NCBI GenBank assembly: GCA_038065355.1
Contig: JBBTRC010000010.1
Location: forward strand, 157,844 to 221,843
Origin: Patescibacteria group bacterium
GTDB taxonomy: Bacteria > Patescibacteriota > Minisyncoccia > Phycocordibacterales > UBA918
Direction: 5' to 3'
Length of the DNA stretch: 64,000 nucleotides
The notes beneath the pieces were generated by a model, which saw nothing but the letters and a program-made list of their open reading frames with translations, was not told where the DNA came from and ran no database searches. Within the stretch, counting starts at the first letter, position 1, and each line of letters begins with the position of its first letter. This document shows positions 59,707 to 64,000 of the stretch, piece by piece. The position numbers and the translations under genes were made by a program.

Positions 59707-60044
59707 AAAAATCCTATATCCCAGACAGAGGTGATTTGGTCTGGGTCGATCTTAATCCTACCAAAGGTAGAGAACAAGCAAAGGTGCGACCTGCAATGGT
59801 GATATCTCCTAAAACCTACAATCAAAAAACTGGCCTAGCCATTATGTGTCCAATAACCTCTGTGTCTAAAAGATACCCTTTTGAGGTTATGGTAAATGAC
59901 AAGAAGGTCTCTGGTGTTGTTTTGTCTGATCACGTCCGGTCTCTTGACTGGAAAGCGCGAAACGTAAAATATATCACTAAGGCGAAAGTCGGTATTGTTG
60001 TTGAAGTTCAAACAAAACTCGGACTGCTCATTTGCAATAAATAA
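59700..60044 (+). CDS. mazF: MazF/PemK endoribonuclease toxin
   Basis: YIPDRGDLVWVDLNP..GREQ..RPA, CPITS, DHVRSLDWKAR. Confidence 0.94.
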   Translation: MVKKSYIPDRGDLVWVDLNPTKGREQAKVRPAMVISPKTYNQKTGLAIMCPITSVSKRYPFEVMVNDKKVSGVVLSDHVRSLDWKARNVKYITKAKVGIVVEVQTKLGLLICNK

Positions 60045-60097
60045 AGAAGTTCACTCGAGGGAATGGACTCTCATGTTGTTCTATATTCTTCTACATT

Positions 60098-60178
60098 ATG
60101 GAGCAGTTTTCTCTGAGCTGAAACCAGTTTGATTGAAGTAGAGTGCACGAATTTTTTAAAGTAGTGGATTTGTGGTGA
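60098..60178. repeat. cassette-boundary repeat copy 4
   Basis: atggagcagttttctct..tttgattgaagtaga..attttttaaag..gatttgtggtga. Confidence 0.9.
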
Positions 60179-60238
60179 AAAGAAAACACCCCGCCGCCAA
60201 TATCGGAAGCGGGATGCTTCAGTGGCGTGGGGTGGTGA

Positions 60239-60793
60239 CTACTGTCGTGCTTTCGTTAGAGCGGCGCTGACAACTTCAGGCATCGTCTCATAGAACGTGA
60301 AAGGCTCCTTGGAGGCGGCACTGAACTCAAAGAGAATCACATCAAGTCCGTGGAATGCTCTGTCTCCACCCACCACCACTCTGGTCTGTGTCATCTCGGT
60401 GTAAGCAGTGAACTTTCCGATCTCACGTCGCGTATCCATGGCGTAAGGTTCTGGTCCAGGATGAGGACTCTGTTCACTTTCGGGTCCGAGCCAAAAAATC
60501 ACACAGCCCGGCGTGTCGCGTTCGCGGCCGGCCTGATGCAGGTAATGACGCTCCCATTCCAGCTGCCGATTGTCGGCTTTCGAGAAAGGCTGATAAAAGT
60601 GACGCGCCAGCCTGTGGCTGTCGGTCCACCGAGACGGGCAGGTGATTAGAGCCTTCGGCTCTTGGTCGATGATTGTCTCGGCCATGCTTGCCTGCCAGTC
60701 ACCACCACCTCTAATTGGTCCCGCCAGAAACAGGAGTGGTGAACTGTGTGTCGGTGTCAACTGAACGATTTTCTTCGGTACGTAGATGGTCAC
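60239..60793 (-). CDS. nucleoside 2-deoxyribosyltransferase-like protein
   Basis: LFLAGPIRGGGDWQ, QLEWERHYL, VIFWL, DTRREIG; GTG start with GAGGAG SD. Confidence 0.75.
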   Translation of the reverse strand: MTIYVPKKIVQLTPTHSSPLLFLAGPIRGGGDWQASMAETIIDQEPKALITCPSRWTDSHRLARHFYQPFSKADNRQLEWERHYLHQAGRERDTPGCVIFWLGPESEQSPHPGPEPYAMDTRREIGKFTAYTEMTQTRVVVGGDRAFHGLDVILFEFSAASKEPFTFYETMPEVVSAALTKARQ

Positions 60794-60942
60794 GGAGTCT
60801 CCTCTCAAAGTTGAAGAACGAATTTACAAAACAATACAATAGAAGTATTGTTTTGTAAATAGAGGTTTTAACATCTCGCCTTCGTTTCAGAAACACGCAA
60901 AACGAGCCTTATATGATAAGGCTCGTTTTGCTTCAGTTTTTG

Positions 60943-61024
60943 GTCGATCAGTTTGATCCAGGTAAAAACCTCTTTGATTGAAATGGAGGCTGTGAATTTT
61001 TTGAAGATCGTGGATTTGTGGTAG
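60943..61024. repeat. cassette-boundary repeat copy 5
   Basis: gtcgatcagtttgatcc..tttgattgaaatgga..attttttgaag..gatttgtggtag. Confidence 0.88.
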
Positions 61025-61354
61025 TTATCCTCGAGTGAAGTCGAACTGGATTATTTTCAATTCAGTGTCGGGGCTAACTCTGTCACCATAATACTGTTTA
61101 TATATGATATACATCTCCTCGTCAGAACTGAATCGTTCATGACCTTCCCAGTCACTGTCATCAAGTGTACCGAGAGTTTTTGTATACAAAGTAATGACTT
61201 TTGCAGTACCAAACTGTTCTAGAGTCTCTTTGTTAAGGAAGACAAGTTCGTCTCCCGTCTGTAAGTCTTTGTCATCAAATAGTCGCCAAGTCGATGTCTT
61301 CGTACCTTCAAGTATTTGTGTACATAGTTCAGGAGCGAATTTTAATGTTTTCAT
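61025..61354 (-). CDS. ASCH domain protein
   Basis: LKF...ILEGTKTSTWRL.D...GD. Confidence 0.88.
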   Translation of the reverse strand: MKTLKFAPELCTQILEGTKTSTWRLFDDKDLQTGDELVFLNKETLEQFGTAKVITLYTKTLGTLDDSDWEGHERFSSDEEMYIIYKQYYGDRVSPDTELKIIQFDFTRG

Positions 61355-61433
61355 GTGTCTGAGTATACCAAAAACATAAAAGCTTACCCTCACGAGTAAA
61401 CTTTCATGTTGTTCCATAGACTTCTATCTTTAT

Positions 61434-61827
61434 GTGGAGATGGCGGGAATTGAACCCGCGTCCGAGTCAGGGTGCGATTATGAGTCTACAGTGCGTAGTT
61501 GATCCTTTAGTTTAAAGGTGGTGGCTAGAGGAAAAACAAAACACCACTACCTCGAGTTGTTACAAGCTCGGAAAACCTACGACAACGGCAGAGGTTTCCA
61601 CAGTCTCATGGCTATTCTACGAGACACACCGTACGAGACCCTTGGTGTGTTCGCATCGCTCCGGCGGCGTAAAATTTACGCGAATGCGGGAGCGAATCCA
61701 AACGCGCGAGCGTAAGGACTTGGTACTGCTTTGTTTGCAGATACAGGTGGAACCTTTTAACGAATTGGTTGCCATTTTCGACACTGCACACAACCGACAC
61801 GACTAACCGTCGATGCCTAGCATCCCC
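61434..61827 (-). ncRNA. ssrA: tmRNA; tag peptide ANKAVPSPYARAFGFAPAFA* at 61738..61676
   Basis: 5' GGGGATG pairs with 3' CATCTCC-A (G3.U alanine identity); T-arm GCGGGTTCAATTCCCGC; internal tag ORF; smpB nearby. Confidence 0.95.
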
Positions 61828-61921
61828 CGCAATTTTTTGAAAGGCTTTTCAAAAAATTGCGGGGAAGTTCGTGTGATTTGTAAAAGAGCAAGAGCGGTAA
61901 GGTGCACGAAGTGAGTGCACC

Positions 61922-62146
61922 TTACCGATTCTTGAAAGGATCAAAAGTATCTACTGCCCGAATGAGTTCCGGCCGGCCGTTTTTGTACATGAACACGCGC
62001 CGTTTCGACGCGGCCGGAGAAACATTCACCGGGCCAGTGCTTTCAAACGGAAATGTCGGCACGGGCAGGGACGAAAACCTCTTCTTGTTGTCCTCGTCGC
62101 AGCCCGGGCAGTGACAAAATTCGTCGCACTCACCGTACTCAGCCAT
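61922..62146 (-). CDS. hypothetical small Cys-rich protein
   Basis: MAEYGECDEFCHCPGCDED..., GAGAGG SD; lies between smpB and ssrA. Confidence 0.55.
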   Translation of the reverse strand: MAEYGECDEFCHCPGCDEDNKKRFSSLPVPTFPFESTGPVNVSPAASKRRVFMYKNGRPELIRAVDTFDPFKNR

Positions 62147-62198
62147 ACGTACCTCTCTGCTACTCCACACTATATAACAACTTCAACCTCGTGTAAAG

Positions 62199-62651
62199 TT
62201 ACGCGGAATCAGATTTCAATAGTCTATTGGTGTCACGCTGGCTATCTCGTTTCTTAATGGTCTCTCGTTTATCGTATTTTTTCTTGCCTCGCACAAGCGC
62301 AATTTCAAGCTTAAGGGTGCGCTTGTCGGCATAGAGTTTCAGTGGAATGACGGTGAGGCCGGCCGTTTCCGTTTCTCGCTCGAGCTGTGTGATCTCTTTT
62401 TGGTTCAAAAGGAGTTTGCGCGGCCGCTCCGGATCGTAGCCTTTCTCCGTGTTGCCGGCTTGGTAGGGAGCAATGTGCATATTTGCCACAAATGCTTCTT
62501 TTCCGCGTACTATCACGTAGGCACCCTCTAGTCGCGCTTTGCCGGCACGGACGGCCTTTACTTCAAAGCCGCGCAACACCAAACCCGCCTCGATGGTATC
62601 GATGATGTCGTAGTCAAAATGGGCTTTACGGTGGGTGCTGTATGTCGGCAT
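62199..62651 (-). CDS. smpB: SsrA-binding protein
   Basis: EAGLVLRGFEVKAVR, RPRKLLL, GKKKYDKRE. Confidence 0.98.
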   Translation of the reverse strand: MPTYSTHRKAHFDYDIIDTIEAGLVLRGFEVKAVRAGKARLEGAYVIVRGKEAFVANMHIAPYQAGNTEKGYDPERPRKLLLNQKEITQLERETETAGLTVIPLKLYADKRTLKLEIALVRGKKKYDKRETIKKRDSQRDTNRLLKSDSA

Positions 62652-62716
62652 AACGATACAAAGTACTATAGCAAATTACTCGCCAAATCAAGCTATTTCT
62701 GTATAATGCCCTCTGT

Positions 62717-64000
62717 ATGGATACATTAAAAGAGACTGAAAATAAGGAAGAAAAAACCACCGTCCCGCCGCCAGAAACGCCTGAACCGGAGCCTCACAAA
62801 CCAACACCAAACCCTGATTCAAAAAGGAAAACCAACAATTCTGTGAAGTTGCCCCGCGGCCTAAAGGACATGCGCAAAAAAGTGCCGAAGGTTCCGCTCG
62901 GTCCCGGCAATTTTTGGAACAACATGCTGTCGACGGTTTTGCTTCTCATTTTTATCACAGCTGTTTTTTCCTACCTCACTGATTCCAACGTAAAACCTGA
63001 AGAACTCACCATTACCGACGTTGTCGGTCAGGTAAAAGCCGGCGAGATTGAATCGATCATCGTTCGCGGGGCGGTGCTTGAGATCAGTTATAAAGATACC
63101 ACCCGCACTTCTGGCGAAGCCAAACGCGAAGTCGATGCATCGGTGACCGAATCGCTCACCAATCTTGGGGTGACTCCGGAAGAATTGGCGGGAGTCAAAA
63201 TATCAGTTGAACAGGAGACTGGCTTCTTCTACTGGTTTGCCCAGTTTGCGCCGTTTCTGTTTCCGCTTGTGTTCCTCGGCGTGATTATTTGGTTCTTCAC
63301 ACGCTCTGTGAAGGGAGCGGGTATGCAGGCACTCAACTTTGGTTCTTCAAAGGCGCGCATGATCGACCCGAATGACACGAATCAGAAAGTGACTTTCAAG
63401 GACGTGGCCGGCGCTAAGGAAGCCAAGCAAGAACTCGAAGAGATTGTGGACTTCCTCAAGAATCCAAAAAAATTCCTTGATATTGGCGCTGAAATTCCAA
63501 AAGGCGTCATGATGATGGGTGCGCCCGGTACCGGCAAGACCTTGCTCGCTCGGGCAGTCGCGGGCGAGGCCGGTGTACCATTTTTCTCAATTTCCGGCTC
63601 TGAATTCGTCGAGATGTTTGTGGGCGTCGGTGCCTCGCGGGTACGAGATTTATTTTCAATGGCCAAGAAAGCGGCACCGTCTATTATCTTTGTTGACGAA
63701 ATAGACGCTGTCGGACGGGTGCGTGGCACTGGCGTTGGCGGCGGCAACGACGAACGAGAACAAACGCTCAACCAGATCCTCGTTGAGATGGACGGCTTTG
63801 AGCCAAATGCGAAGGTGATCGTGATGGCGGCCACCAACCGCCCCGACGTGCTTGACCCGGCGCTCTTGCGTCCTGGGCGCTTCGACCGTCGTGTGACGAT
63901 TGACTTGCCTGACCGGAAAGATCGAGAAGAAATCCTTAAGGTGCACGCCCGCAAGAAGCCACTCCAAGAAGACGTCAGTTTTGATATTGTGGCCCAGCGC
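62717..64000 (+). CDS. ftsH: ATP-dependent zinc metalloprotease FtsH, 5' part (runs off window)
   Basis: Two [71 protein letters not shown]. Confidence 0.97.
   Translation, partial: MDTLKETENKEEKTTVPPPETPEPEPHKPTPNPDSKRKTNNSVKLPRGLKDMRKKVPKVPLGPGNFWNNMLSTVLLLIFITAVFSYLTDSNVKPEELTITDVVGQVKAGEIESIIVRGAVLEISYKDTTRTSGEAKREVDASVTESLTNLGVTPEELAGVKISVEQETGFFYWFAQFAPFLFPLVFLGVIIWFFTRSVKGAGMQALNFGSSKARMIDPNDTNQKVTFKDVAGAKEAKQELEEIVDFLKNPKKFLDIGAEIPKGVMMMGAPGTGKTLLARAVAGEAGVPFFSISGSEFVEMFVGVGASRVRDLFSMAKKAAPSIIFVDEIDAVGRVRGTGVGGGNDEREQTLNQILVEMDGFEPNAKVIVMAATNRPDVLDPALLRPGRFDRRVTIDLPDRKDREEILKVHARKKPLQEDVSFDIVAQR

Noticed and set aside
60055-60075. tRNA/tmRNA T-arm remnant (gagggaatggactc) as an att scar
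   Set aside because: Only a loose short match; indistinguishable from chance by eye.
56990-61024. CRISPR array or classical integron attC sites
   Set aside because: Repeats are ~82 bp, degenerate and separated by whole genes. They lack the RYYYAAC...GTTRRRY inverted ends and palindromy of attC, and no cas or intI is in the window.
61434-61465. tRNA gene
   Set aside because: The T-arm and acceptor half belong to tmRNA; the matching 5' half is 390 nt away with a tag ORF between.
63382-63954. 190-aa minus-strand ORF and similar antisense ORFs over fusA, tuf and r-protein genes
   Set aside because: Shadow frames of conserved plus-strand genes (here ftsH).

Overview
Genome segment from a reduced-genome bacterium, most likely Patescibacteria/CPR (Parcubacteria-like). 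This is inferred from the absence of rpmD between rpsE and rplO, the lack of Shine-Dalgarno motifs on core genes, and the gene content; it uses the standard code with TGA stops. The window carries fusA-tuf and the S10/spc ribosomal protein cluster, broken at least four times by inserted genes. After that come secY, nucleotide kinases, map, ndk, a likely 6S RNA, infC-rpmI-rplT, phosphoketolase-acetate kinase, signalling and membrane genes, tmRNA, smpB and the start of ftsH. Two unexplained systems stand out. (1) Directly downstream of the tmRNA 3' end, five degenerate ~82-bp direct repeats separate single-gene or toxin-antitoxin cassettes. Their left end matches the tmRNA terminal CTCCAC. This looks like an integron-like cassette array that grows at ssrA, with no integrase in the window. 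(2) A ~9.7-kb antisense island sits between rplE and rpsN. It encodes a six-gene operon: long coiled-coil protein, unknown protein, classic-clade AAA+ ATPase, DUF6638-like protein and two membrane proteins.
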